A program made the position numbers and the translations under genes. The notes beneath the pieces are model-generated. The model saw nothing but the letters and a program-made list of their open reading frames with translations, was not told the DNA's origin and did not search any database. 45,362 nucleotides of DNA, taken from Hyphochytrium catenoides (Eukaryota; Protista; Hyphochytriomycota). Shown piece after piece: positions 31,337 through 43,278 of the stretch. The stretch is from positions 1-45,362 of the forward strand of contig FLMG01001637.1 in the NCBI GenBank assembly GCA_900088475.1. Reading direction: 5' to 3'. Numbering within the stretch: position 1 is the stretch's first letter; every line of letters begins with the position of its first letter.

Positions 31337-34300
31337 ATGCCTGGCAAGGGGAAGCTGCACGTGCGCGGTAGGAGTTATCATTATCTATGACCGGTGCACA
31401 CACCGCCGTGGCGGTAATCTGAGGTGATATTTCTTGTCTTACAGTGATTGAGGGCATTGATCTCTACCGAGCGCCGCGAGGAGGCAAGAAACGGACAAGC
31501 ATAAAGGATCTTAGAGAGGCGTATGAGAAGACAAAGGATGCCTTCGAGAAGACCCTAAGTGCCGTAGGCATTGGTGATTCTCTGGAGGAAGCGAAGGAGA
31601 CACCCTTTCTCGTCTTGAAGGTTGGAAGCAAGACAGTGAAAACCACGCCTGTACTTTTCTCCACAAAGTGTCAATGGAACGAGGTCAGCTTCCTGATCCC
31701 TGCCAAGATAATAATCCTCTGGATAAAGTGTACTGATCTTTGCACTAATGATCTTAGGACTTTCTGTTCGACGATGTGCTGTTGTCGGATGAGCTTAGGG
31801 TCACTTGCCTAGATAGGCGAAAGGTTGGAGAACCAATGGATGACTCGTCTGGAGGTCTTGGGGACGGCTATCTGGGCCATGGTGAGTAGCAACATCCTAA
31901 TATAAGTTATAGAAGGATATTAGCTAAAACTGGCCCTCTTTAGTCGACATTCCCGTCTCGCGGCTTCCTCCGAACGACAAGGTTGAGCAGTGGTATCAGC
32001 TTATGGCAGAGGTACCACCATGCTTTCGTCGACCAATCGCTCTTTTGTGTTACTTATTCTTTGTCTTCCAACAGTCAAATGCTGCGATAACATTCGGTGC
32101 CGTTCGACTCTCTCTCTCCTTTGAGGCCCTGCAAGGGGAAGGAGGGGACTCTAAGAGCTCCGAAGAAACCCTGCAGCCTCGGTCACTGGCCCCTCTTATT
32201 ATGGCCAGTCCACCGTCTACCAATCTAACACCGCCCGCTCTTGTCAATGTCTTGACTCCTGAAAATGGTGTGACATCCTCTGTGGAAGAGGTTACCCCGA
32301 GACCTAGTGAAGATAGCCGGCCCTCGTCAACAGCTTCAACTCCGGGGAATAGACTTTGGCCCGCGTCCTATCTCCTCACTCCGGGCAATCGCCCTGACTC
32401 GAACAGAAGCCCCGCACGCTCTCCTCTCCGCAGGTCTCATAGACCGCAGAAGGTTGTTCTAGAAGAGCTTCCACCAGGTTTGATTGACTACTTTGCTGTG
32501 GTAGGTCTGGCGCCAGGACCAATTGGCCCTCCACCCGACAGCTGTCCCACCCGAGCCTTCTTATCACCTGCTTCGACCACTGACAGCATTCTGTCAGAAG
32601 AGGTAGAAAGTATTGGGGGAGGAAGTTCGGCAGAGCTGGAACCCGTTGTGCTAGACAGATTTCCTCTTGAAGATCATCCGCCCTCCCCTCTCCCTACCAA
32701 GCTTGAGTGGTTCTGTTTCCCAGCTGGTCTAAAGGTTGTTAGAGGGGAGAAGCCACCTAAACCAGGCTTTAACTCCTTTGTGCTCATTGGAGGCTCAGAA
32801 GGGGCACAAAAAACCTATGTTGCAGCTTTTACATATTTTGTAGTTAGCTCGTCCAATGCCGAACTCTCCCTGGGTTCTGGGCCTGATAAGGGTGGCGGTG
32901 CCGGTGGTGGTGCTTCCCAAGCTAGTGATCGCAGTGGTACGTTTTTTTCCCCTCCAGTATCAATTCCGCTTCCCTCCAGACTCCCTCCCAACCTTCGAGA
33001 GACACACTGACCACTGACCGCTGTGTATGTAGGTGATGAGGCTTGGGCTCCAAGATGTCTATGCCTTCTTTCTCGTTATCCCCTTCTCAAGACACTGGAA
33101 GATATGCTCCTTACTAAATACTCCTGTATGCAGCTGTCGGAAGACCAAACCTACGCTTCTGTCGAGGATTACCTACACTACATTATCTGGAATGTGCCAG
33201 CTCCTATTCCGGGGGTGTTGTCTGTTCAAATAGAGCTAGAAGGGGACAGGAAGAGGTTCAGTCTCCCAGAAGCGGACGATCTTCCACATCTTTCTGTGGG
33301 AATGTCCTCTCTCTTTCAACGCTTTCTGCTGAAGGACGTGCTAACGCTGATTGGTTTGGTGCTATTTGAGTGCAAAATTGTTTTACACTCGTCATCTCCT
33401 GAGCTCCTTACCGAAGTTGCCGAGACCTTGACAGCGCTCATTTATCCTTTCCAGTGGCATCACCCCTATATACCAGTCCTGCCTCAGCTGCTCTCTGAGT
33501 ACATCCAGGCACCTCTCCCTTTTATTTTAGGCGTACAGGTGGGCATGTCGTACTAACTGTGGTAACTCCCGGTCATCGCAGTCTGTCCTAGAATCCCTTG
33601 TTGGAGCTCGTCTGCTTTATGAACTTACCAACTGCCTTCATCTCTCATGTTTTGGATGGCTGAGCTGCGTTGCTGCCACCTCAGTCATACGTTCTCCCTC
33701 CTCATCCGTTACCCATATCAGTGTCCAAATCAGTGCCCTGAATCTAGTCTGTTACATTTCGTCCATACTCTGCCCCATTTACCTTCTCCTTTGCATATTC
33801 AATAGTCTGAAGTTCTCGAGGAAACCCTGATATCAGAGCCTGAAAATCTGGTGTTGGTGGATGTTGACAAGGGGGAGTTGAGGGAGCTGAAAGGGTTGCC
33901 GCCACTCCCACCAGCACACACAAAAATGCTTTACAATAAGCTTCACGAGATTTTATTTCCAGTCAATCTCGAGTAAGTCGTTCTTTGATTTCTCGTGGGT
34001 AGCTTGAATGCGAGAGGTGGTTGGCCTTTGCCTCTCCACGCGCGCTGCATTGCTCCTTCCTTTCCGCTTCCTGCATTTTCTTGAGGCAATTATGATGATT
34101 GTGCTCATGCGAGACTTTGACCTATACCACTCACTGGTCGGCTATTTGGCTGGGCATTCCGTACAGGGGATCTCCAGCTGCGCATGGCCATACCCATTCC
34201 CCGGCTCACTCTGAGCCATCGGGTTGGCAATCGGATGCGTTGGGTGATACCGAGAGATTTCAGGAGGAGCTCGACTCTGGCCAAACGTTAGAGATCCGTT

Positions 34301-37300
34301 GGGCGTTCTGTGAATACTTTGCCTCGCTTTTATATGGGTAACNNNNNNNNNNNNNNNNNNNNNNNNNNNNNNNNNNNNNNNNNNNNNNNNNNNNNNNNNN
34401 NNNNNNNNNTCTTGACATGGACCCATTTGCTCTAGCTTGTCGTTGTACCACCTTACTAGGGGATAGTGCCAGCTTACGCTCACGGCATGGTCTTCCTTCA
34501 AAATGTTCGTTTCTCCGCAGATATCGTGACTGCCTTTTCTTTCTTGATGAGGGCCACCCTATCTTCAACAAGAAGCGCTTTCTCAAGAGTTTTGCTGCCC
34601 AAAGCAGCGTCCCGTTTTTATCCAAGTTGGTAGACTCTCAGGTAATCGGGAATGGGGTGAGAGGTAAAGAGGCATCGATGAGGGATTCCACCGGTAGGCT
34701 GAGTGCGCTCAACTGTAAGGTATTTGGGGTCGTGGGCGAAGAAGGGCAATGCATCAAGGAACAGTAACTTGACCTGACACTGTAGCACCAGACAATGGGA
34801 AGCCTTGCTGAGATTTGCCGCACCTCTGCTTATCCCTGACAGGCTTTTGTGACCTTCCTGGACAATCTGCATGAGCCACGGCTAATGGCGTTTCACGCTC
34901 TGGTGGCTGATTATAGAAGGAGGAACCAGAGCAAACGATTGGCGGCAGACTCTGCTACAGTGAAGCTGAGAACCGAATTGGAGGATAGACACGGAAAAGT
35001 ACCTCTTCTTATCGTCCCTCCCCCTTACCGCGAGTAAGTGTATTGGCCAGCAATCCTTATCTTCCAGTGCTTTATACACCGAGGGATCTTCCTTCTTCGT
35101 CCGGTACTTTTGCAATCTATCTCTATATATAGTGTTATTGGTATCAGGGCTGTTTCTGAAGACATCACTTCAAAGTCTGCTCTCACAGCCCTCCCTTCTA
35201 GTCCTGTGAAGAAGTCCTGAGCCACACCGGGCTTGTAATCTATCGTCTAGTCCTCGATGTTACCTTCCTAAACAAACTCCGACCCGCACCTTGGTACATA
35301 TGGACTTCAAAGGACTCACATGACCTTACTCCATTAATTCTTTCACACTAGGCTTTCCACAAGAGAGATGAGGGCCCCACACTCTAACCAAAGTGCTAAA
35401 GACGAGCTCAATATTGAGCAGTCTGCATTTGCTACACCTCAATCGAGCACATCGGGGACTGCCTCAAAAGAAAAAGGAGACCTGGGCGAAGGAGGCGTTC
35501 AAGCAAGCGCTGACAGACAACCTACGAGCTCTTCAGAAAGAGCTCCGGCACAGGAAAGCGGTCGAATTCTCCAGCATGGTCGGCTTGCGGCTAAGCTACG
35601 AAAGGTCTGGACAACCAAAGAAGTAGCAGCATTGTTAGGAGTGCAAGAGAGCCATTTCACGGTAAGCTTGAAGCTCAAAAGATTTGAAATGGGGTGAAGC
35701 CTTACTGATCACTCACCACTTAGCATGAGAGATTGCGAAATGGGATAGGGAAAGATGCATAAATAGTACTCCTCGCATGGCCCCTCCTAGGGTCTTCATA
35801 CTTGGCAACCACCTTCAAAAGCCGACAGGGTTAGCCTAACACTGACCATGTATGGTGCTAGGATTAGCTGGATCAAGAGCTAACTTCTTCTTATCATAGG
35901 TGGACTTCCCCTCAGGCCGCAATATACTGGGCCGCAACAACTTAAACGAAGAGCGCGAATTGAGTCCAGAACAGCAAGCCATAGAAGAGACACTTCAAAG
36001 GGCCATTGCTAAACTCTTTGCCTCGGAACCTGTTTCCGAGGATGAGGTCAAGGTGAGGATGGTGGGAAGAGAAGAGCAGCGTTATCGGTAAGGGTGCATG
36101 CACGTAAGAAGAGAGCTATGAACAAGGGTGAACAGCGACGAATGAGTAGGACTAGGGAGGGAAAGAGTTCAGCAAAGGTGCCTGCTAGCACCTCGACGGT
36201 TAGTAGTCTCTCTCTGAGCTTCGTTAAGAGAGAGTCTAACAGTTTCTTGTTTGCGTGTACGAACGCTCTAGAATTGTGAGGGATCTTTCAATTCGCAGTA
36301 CGCTCGCGACCTATTTGCGCTGATTCTGCACCAACCCCAACAAAGAGTGAAAGAAAGTAGCCAAACAGTAATCAGCATTTGGGGTAAGAACATTTCCGAG
36401 TATATTTCGTTTGGACTAGGCTGAATTGACTGTACGGCTCTTCACTAATGAAGCACTGTCGTATCATCACTGTCAGCTTATTTTCTCGGTCCGTTGTTCG
36501 TCATTCTCGACTTTCTTTATCGTAGAGTTTCTTGGCAGCTGTCCTACTTCGTTCTGGAGCACACATCGTCAGGTACTCTGGGACTTACTAATGATCGCTA
36601 AACAGGCCGCGACGACTACAAGGGCAGTGCACTCAACAAAGAGAGTTTTGATCTCCTTACTCGTCTCAGCCGCGCCATGCTACATTGTTGCGAGACCTTC
36701 CACGACTATGCCAATGCAAGAGTTGTGCTACAGGTCCGACTTTCAGCTTTCCTTTTCCGGTCATCCTAGAGTCCCATGGAAGTGCTGTCAATCATAGAAT
36801 AACTTCGCTCTGCCACTTGTTTCGCATACCTTGTCCCCGCATAACGTTTTTAAACTTTCCCTACGAGACTCGCTTCTGTAAGGCCCCCTGGCTTTTAAAC
36901 TAACAGACACGTTCAGGCTGCAAGCGGGTATTATCTTAGTCAGGGTACCCAGGCTTCTGGAACAAGGGTATATTTGCAAGAAAAGATTAGAAAGCATGCT
37001 ATCTGCAGAAACCTTGTATTCTGGGAGCACGCATTCAGGTATTGAGTCCTCCTCCACCGTAGCTCTCCTTTCGATGTCCAGCTTCCTTTAACTAGACTTC
37101 AAGCCTTCCTCCCCTCTTGGCTACCAAGTACTAAAGTAGAGTTATTTCGCATTGTATACAGTGACGAGATGGGGCTTATTGCAGAGATGCATGAATTAGA
37201 GAGACAGAGGTAAATGCACATTCCCCATCGAAGAGCTGGCACGATAGGCCTCCCTTGACCATGATTTGATGGGTAGCGATCCCAGCTCTCAAGAGTCGAA

Positions 37301-40002
37301 GCCTAAGGAGCAAGTTATCTTTGAGCAAGCCGGTGCTCTTATCTTTGACATGCTAAACGTCGGACTACCAGTGCATAAGGTATTACCCACATTCTTACCA
37401 CTACATTCTTCACCATTCTGTCGTCAGCAACGCTTTCCCTCGATGTCATTCGGAGCTCCTTCCTGTCACCTCTCAGAGCAGCAAACTTCTGCACGCGAGG
37501 CCATTCCCTGCCCTGTTCTTTGCTCAGCCCGTCTGCATCGCGTTTTGTCACTGGTGATCCATGTCAAGATAATAGTCATTGTTACGTACAGTGGCTCTCG
37601 ACCTTGAGTGTAATTTGCTCGTAACACTTTATTGTGATGTCGCTTATTGGAAGGTCAAAGCTTTCGTTCAAAGAATCTGTGCCGTGTGCGCTATGGACCC
37701 TGAGTATGGGGTGACTCTGGCTCAGTTAGTCACTAATGTGGATAAGGCGATAAGAATGTCGTCAGTGGTTGACACCAAACTTAGTGCTGGCTTTGATCGG
37801 TAAGACCCCAGGGGCATGTCGACTATTGGGGGCTTTACTCTCATGAACTCTCGCAATGTCCTTCAATCTCAGGATGAGAAAAGAGTCCGTAATTACCATT
37901 TCAAGACATATTGATCAGACGCCAACATCTGCACCAACCGCGGCGGAGAATGGCGGACGAAAGGAGAGGTAGACGTTCATTCTCTCTTTAGTCATACGGT
38001 CATAGGGGTGTGTCGATTTGATTCATTCAGGATTATTGCCCTCTGCAGCTGCCATCAATTTTTCCTATGTGCACGGCTTTTAGTGGGTCTATCTTGTGGT
38101 GGTTCAACCAGCTGAAAGTCTCTTGACCTAGGTCTGATAGCTGGCGGGGCTATGATTTGGATAGTGTCATTAGAAGACATGTTGGAGGAGAAGAGGCCTT
38201 CGCAGGTACTACCACACTATGAGTATGCAGCCGCTATTCATTTGACTAGTATGCAGGCCCTGGCCCTCTCTGTTGTGTTCGTTATGTGCGTTGGTTTGTG
38301 GCCAATGGCTTCTCATTCTAATGTCGAACAAGCTCAGCCATTTGCCCTTCACATACTTTCTCTTTTTGGTCTTCTTGCGTCCATTTGTAGGCGAGAAAGA
38401 GGATGAGACATCCGTGACGAACCGTGACGGTGCTTCTGTCATAACGTTAATGGGATCTTCACTACCAGCACACAAAGGACCTGTACTATGTCTCGACCTT
38501 TCAAATGGCAGGGTGGCCAGTGGTGGAACAGATAAAACAGTTGCGGTCTGGTAAGCCTTTCGGAGGTTGTATCCTTACATTGAAGGTCACCGTGGTTCTT
38601 TCATTTAATGTGTTTGACCCTTTCTCTCACTGTTTCTTTAATTTTGCCCTACCTTTGGCATTAGGGATCTTAAGGACCGCGTTCAAATCCACGCGCTCTC
38701 AGGCCACACTGGTCCGATCAACTGCATCCAGTTTAACGATAGCTACATCCTGTCCGGATCTTTTGACAAAACTCTGCGATTATACAACCTGAAAGGGGCG
38801 GTATGTGTTTGATGCGCTCAGTTCAATTAGACGAAGCCTGCCACGGTTGATGTATTTTCCTCAACTTCGTTGTGTCTTTGATCCGTTTCATCGGCGCTGA
38901 CTTCTAACTCTGGCCTATCGTAGACGACTTCAACGTGGATGCCCCCGTCCATGAAGCCACCCAAAGTCTCAGTTAAGGTGATGAAGGGGCACCAAGGGGC
39001 AGTTCTGTGTGCACAGGCACTTACCCTCCCAACTGCCGATCCCGAGAGTTTACTTATGCTCTCTGGCTCTAATGATGCTACGCTTAGAATATGGACTGGC
39101 CGGAGCGGGAAGTAAGTCGAACCTCTTTGCCAAGAAAAACAGTCTCCTTACCGTGCGTTCCCAACTCTGCCAGTCCTTGCTGCCAAACTTACGCATGCTC
39201 TTCTTTTCTGGGTAATATTTGCTAGATGTCGCTCGGTTCTAGCGGGACACTCGGCTTCCGTCAACTGCCTCGCAGTGAACAGCACTGTAAATGTAATTGC
39301 CAGTGGGTCGAGGGATTCGGTGGTCTGTCNNNNNNNNNNNNNNAGACCCAATATAATAACGGGATGTGGTAGTAGGGGCGTTGATGCAGAAGGGGCAGGC
39401 CATCAGAGGCAAGAATAACAAGAACCTGACATGCCGTCTTGTTTATGTGATGTTTGCGCAGGTTTGGGACCACCGCGCTGCTAAGGCTTGTGGGACGCTT
39501 CGGGGCCACAGTGGCCCTGTCCATTGCCTCCTGTTGGGTGGGCCGCTTGACCCGACGGTGGTCAGTGGATCAGCAGACGGGACTATTAGGGTGTGGGACC
39601 TAAGATATGCAGGAAGAGCCAGTCGCCTGATGCTCACAGGACACACAGACAAGGTCTGGATACAGCTCTTTACTTGTTGATGTCATTCTGTCATATCCAG
39701 ACCTACTGCGTCCAACTGCACTTCTTTTGTTTACTTACTCCTTTTGCCATTGCACCCTGTTTGCGTCGCAGGTGACGTGCATCAAGGGTGACTTTACCAA
39801 GCTATTTAGCGGGTCTGACGACAAGTCCGTCAAAATCTGGGACCTGCAAACTGGAGATTGCTTACACACATGCTACGGGCACTCGCTTGGAGTATCTTGT
39901 GTCGGGTTCGAGGAGCGGCGGATAGTGTCAGGGTCATGGGATAGCACAATTAATGTCTGGTTTGTCGACGAAGAGTCAGAAGGCAGGGCAAAGAACAGTT
40001 AG
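31337..40002 (+). CDS. C2 + tripartite DENN + SBF2-like + WD40 protein (SCD1-like putative Rab GEF); more than 20 exons
   Basis: C2: GKLHVR|VIEGIDL..CQWNE|DFLF..VDIPVSRL..EQWYQL. uDENN: LIDYFAVVG..VLDRFP..LEWFCFPAG. cDENN: PRCLCLLSRYP..LIYPFQWHHPYIPVLP..APLPFILGV. dDENN: GYRDCL..FNKKRFL..DSQ|AF. SBF2-like: RVYLQEKIRKHAICRNLVFWEHAF. Seven or more GH..WD repeats follow, to TAG 40000-40002. Confidence 0.88.
34343..34409. other. Assembly gap (67 N) in an intron of the DENN gene
   Basis: The N run directly follows a GTAAC donor. Confidence 0.95.
39330..39343. other. Assembly gap (14 N) at an exon/intron boundary of the DENN-WD40 gene
   Basis: The N run follows IASGSRDSVV and probably hides the splice donor. 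Confidence 0.9.
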
Positions 40003-40527
40003 GACTTGTGAAGCAACCTTCTTTGCTTATGGCCTGGTAATCCTTTCACATGTATCTAGGGAAGTCACCACGCATCCTAGCGCCCTTCTTTCACAGGATT
40101 GTTCTGTAGGCCCTGTCTAGTCTCAACCGGGGATGTATACTATGGTCAGGAGAGGGAGACAAGTAGAACTCCTTTTCTAGCTGTAAAAACCAAAGCTCGC
40201 CTTTTCCCTTTTTCTCTATGCCTTCAGATCTCCCACTCACCACCAATTGCTCGACCCTAGTTAGAAACGACGGACTAACGATGTCAGTGGGTTCAGAAAC
40301 TTTTATTTGGCCTTTAGTTTGGCAGGTCACCCACCCGGAAGACCGGGTTGCCTTTATCTGATGGCTAGGCACACAGCAAACTGTTCTGCAAGTGTAAAGT
40401 ATTATAACGTGCTCACAGCAGTATCGGAGCTGCCTAACAGTTATGAATGCGCTAGGTCAAGCTTCACTGTGAGCACATAAATAGACGTGGCTTGAAAATG
40501 CTTGTATCCCAGCTTAAGGTGCGGTCG

Positions 40528-42042
40528 TCACAAGCCGCTAGGCGCAAAGGTATCATTGATCCTTTGGGGACAGCTATTGCCCATTCTCCATCTGTACTGC
40601 TCGACCGAGCCTACAAAGTGAACCAGTGCCGCACTGAGGACGAATAGATGCCAAATTTGATGGCTGGACAACCAAATGTCAAACTTGCCGGGGAAAAAGC
40701 ACTCAGGGATTCGGAAGACGTAGACGACCACTCCCGTTAGATACAAAGCTCCCATGGCTAACACGTAGCCCAAAATTTGCGTGATCTCCGCACTCCTGAA
40801 GCCGTACGTCGCAATCATGTGAGTGAAAGGAATCAAGCCGAACATTCCGAGACCCACAAAACACAAAGTACGAAAGACCAGCCATTTCGCTGAGGCGAAC
40901 TGTGGCATAAGGCTGATCATAAAGGTGCAGAAGGCTAGGAAGGTCGCCAGTCCCAAATAAACGAAGCTCCAGAAGGGGATGCAGTACATCCCATAATAGC
41001 AGATGGGGTAGAAGCTTCCAGCTATCAAAACGGAGATGCCCGCATAGTCTAAGCGTGAGAGAAAGAAGTATGCCTCTTTGCCTCGAGCGTAAAGCAGGTG
41101 GAACGTAGCACTGCAGAATAAACAGACAACTGCGCTGAGTATAAACACTGCTACCGGCCATCGCGGAACAGCAGAGGCGAGGGACATCGGCACCTCTGGA
41201 GAGTTGAACATGCTTGGCTCGAACGGCAGGTGCGTCAGTGCTTCAGCTAGATGCTCCAACTCTCCAATAAGGTACTTGGCTTTCTCGTCCACGTAGTGCC
41301 CAGAATCCTTGACATACGTGACCACCTTGTTGGCTCCGGTGGTCAACCGTTCTTTCATCTCTGCCAGCCTGGCAGGAGACGCATGGTAAGTCCGCGAGAC
41401 GGCATCCAGTTCGGCATTCACCTCGTTCTTAATATCTCCCACAATCTTTCGAAGGGAGGTGACATACTCCTGGACGGCACCCACATGGAGGGTCTCTGTC
41501 AGATGGTAATTCTCATCAAGATAGCCGTGCATAGTCTCTAAAGCTGGCAGCGCCTGACCAATTCTGTGCGAGAGAAGACCAGTAAAAGAGCCTTGGTAGT
41601 CAGATTCCCTTTGTTCGTAATCTTCGTACCCGTACTTTAAAAGGCGTTCCGCTATAATGTACTGAGAAGTATGATGCCCACCTTCCACAACCGCGATGCC
41701 AGGCAAACAGTTGCCATGCAAATCTCCACTGTAGGGAAGATGGACGTGGAAGGAGGTTGAGCAGATGTAGATAAAGAGCGTGATGAAGGTCAGCGCTCCA
41801 ATCAAATGTGTCCAAACGTTCAGAGTCTCGTTGTGCATACTGAAGAGAGACCAGAAGCACTGAGACCAGGTGTATCTCACTCGATAGCCACTGTGTATGA
41901 AGACATTATCAGCGAGGTAATCCAAATCATCATCACCCTGCAAATGCTCCAGTTTGAACAGAGGGCATTTCGGGTCTAGTCGACAGGGATCTGCCTTCAC
42001 AACCTTCTTCGTTAAGATCTGCGTGGCCCGCTCATCTGCCAT
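40528..42042 (-). CDS. PAQR/adiponectin-receptor (hemolysin III family) seven-TM protein, apparently intronless
   Basis: Motifs DNVFIHSGYR, HNETLNVWTHLIG, FCSATFH, SRLDYAGI and PECFFPGKFDIWLSSHQIWH (Zn-binding His retained). It is a single uninterrupted ORF. The first ATG is at 42042, although the frame stays open further upstream. Confidence 0.93.
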   Translation of the reverse strand: MADERATQILTKKVVKADPCRLDPKCPLFKLEHLQGDDDLDYLADNVFIHSGYRVRYTWSQCFWSLFSMHNETLNVWTHLIGALTFITLFIYICSTSFHVHLPYSGDLHGNCLPGIAVVEGGHHTSQYIIAERLLKYGYEDYEQRESDYQGSFTGLLSHRIGQALPALETMHGYLDENYHLTETLHVGAVQEYVTSLRKIVGDIKNEVNAELDAVSRTYHASPARLAEMKERLTTGANKVVTYVKDSGHYVDEKAKYLIGELEHLAEALTHLPFEPSMFNSPEVPMSLASAVPRWPVAVFILSAVVCLFCSATFHLLYARGKEAYFFLSRLDYAGISVLIAGSFYPICYYGMYCIPFWSFVYLGLATFLAFCTFMISLMPQFASAKWLVFRTLCFVGLGMFGLIPFTHMIATYGFRSAEITQILGYVLAMGALYLTGVVVYVFRIPECFFPGKFDIWLSSHQIWHLFVLSAALVHFVGSVEQYRWRMGNSCPQRINDTFAPSGL

Positions 42043-43278
42043 TGTGTGCACCTCGCTTTGTAAGCAGCTCTGGGTCCCAAATGCAGCACAGACTATAGCG
42101 GGGGTCGTGAGCTTCTTGTGCTTAGGATGTCTGATGGGGAAGTGAGAACTGCACGTGGGGGCAGCCGCGAGCGCGGGGGTCGACAGTCTACTTGTTCGTA
42201 GGAGTCCAAGGCCATGTAGCCTTTCACAGTCTCACTGTCCAGCGGTGAACTCGCTCTCAGGTTTGGGTTCCCACTTTGGTCTCTCTCACGGTAATGTTTC
42301 TCGCAGTAGAGCCATCTTTCACCTGCTAGTTCCGACCTCTCCACTAGACTCTGTCTCGCCAATGATCCAGCTTATGTAGGAGGAGAGACACAAAGGAAGA
42401 GCGCCTTTGATAAGCACGTTCATGTGTACTGGCTGGAGTAGTAATAAGCTCTTATATGTGCACCTCTACTTGGCATAACATTACCGTAAGACCTTGCTCC
42501 AGGATCAATAATACGCGAGCCCTGTCAAAGTGAGTGACCAACCGACAGAAGAGAAAATGAAAAAGGGCAGGGGCAGCACAGAAAGAGACAGAGTGGGATA
42601 CACAATCAAAGGAACACGGGAGAAGAGAGAGGAACAAAGAGAGGAGATGTGAGAACTTTCTGACCTGGTTAGATAAATAAATAGGGCGAAGCGCTAACTT
42701 CGGAGGACTTCAGTTTTAGGGGAAAAGTTGGAAAACTGGCCTTTCAGGAATATCATCTATGGAGTTGTTGGAGCCCTTAGACCTCCCAAAACGGCCTACC
42801 CATCCTTTTGAGTTATTCTCGTCTGAACCCCCATAGCTAATATTCCTAGAGGCCCAGATTCGTAACTTTTCCCTAGATCTGAATTCTTGTACGGTACTAC
42901 TCGTACTCTGTAGCTTTCTATCTCACAGAAGAAGAGCTGTCGCCGCCTCAACGCGGCATCATCAGAATCTAAAAGAGGAGGTTTGTTTGCTGGCTGGTGC
43001 TCTTTCTACTACCACTCGCTCGTCGTCGTAGCACCTGGTGCTGCTCTGCAAAGCGACACCATCGCTTTGCTAGCTGACGTTTCTTCTCATCACAGCCCTC
43101 TCCACTTGACAGAAGAACTTTCGTTTTCGTTTCAATCCTGTGCTCCCCACCACTGCTGTGATAAGGGCAGCAGCGAGCAGAGATCGAGCACGTATTATCA
43201 GACATTTGCTCTCACTTATTATGACCTTTCTTCACGTGGAAAGAGATTGTTATTTTACTATGAACATTCTGCAGCAGG

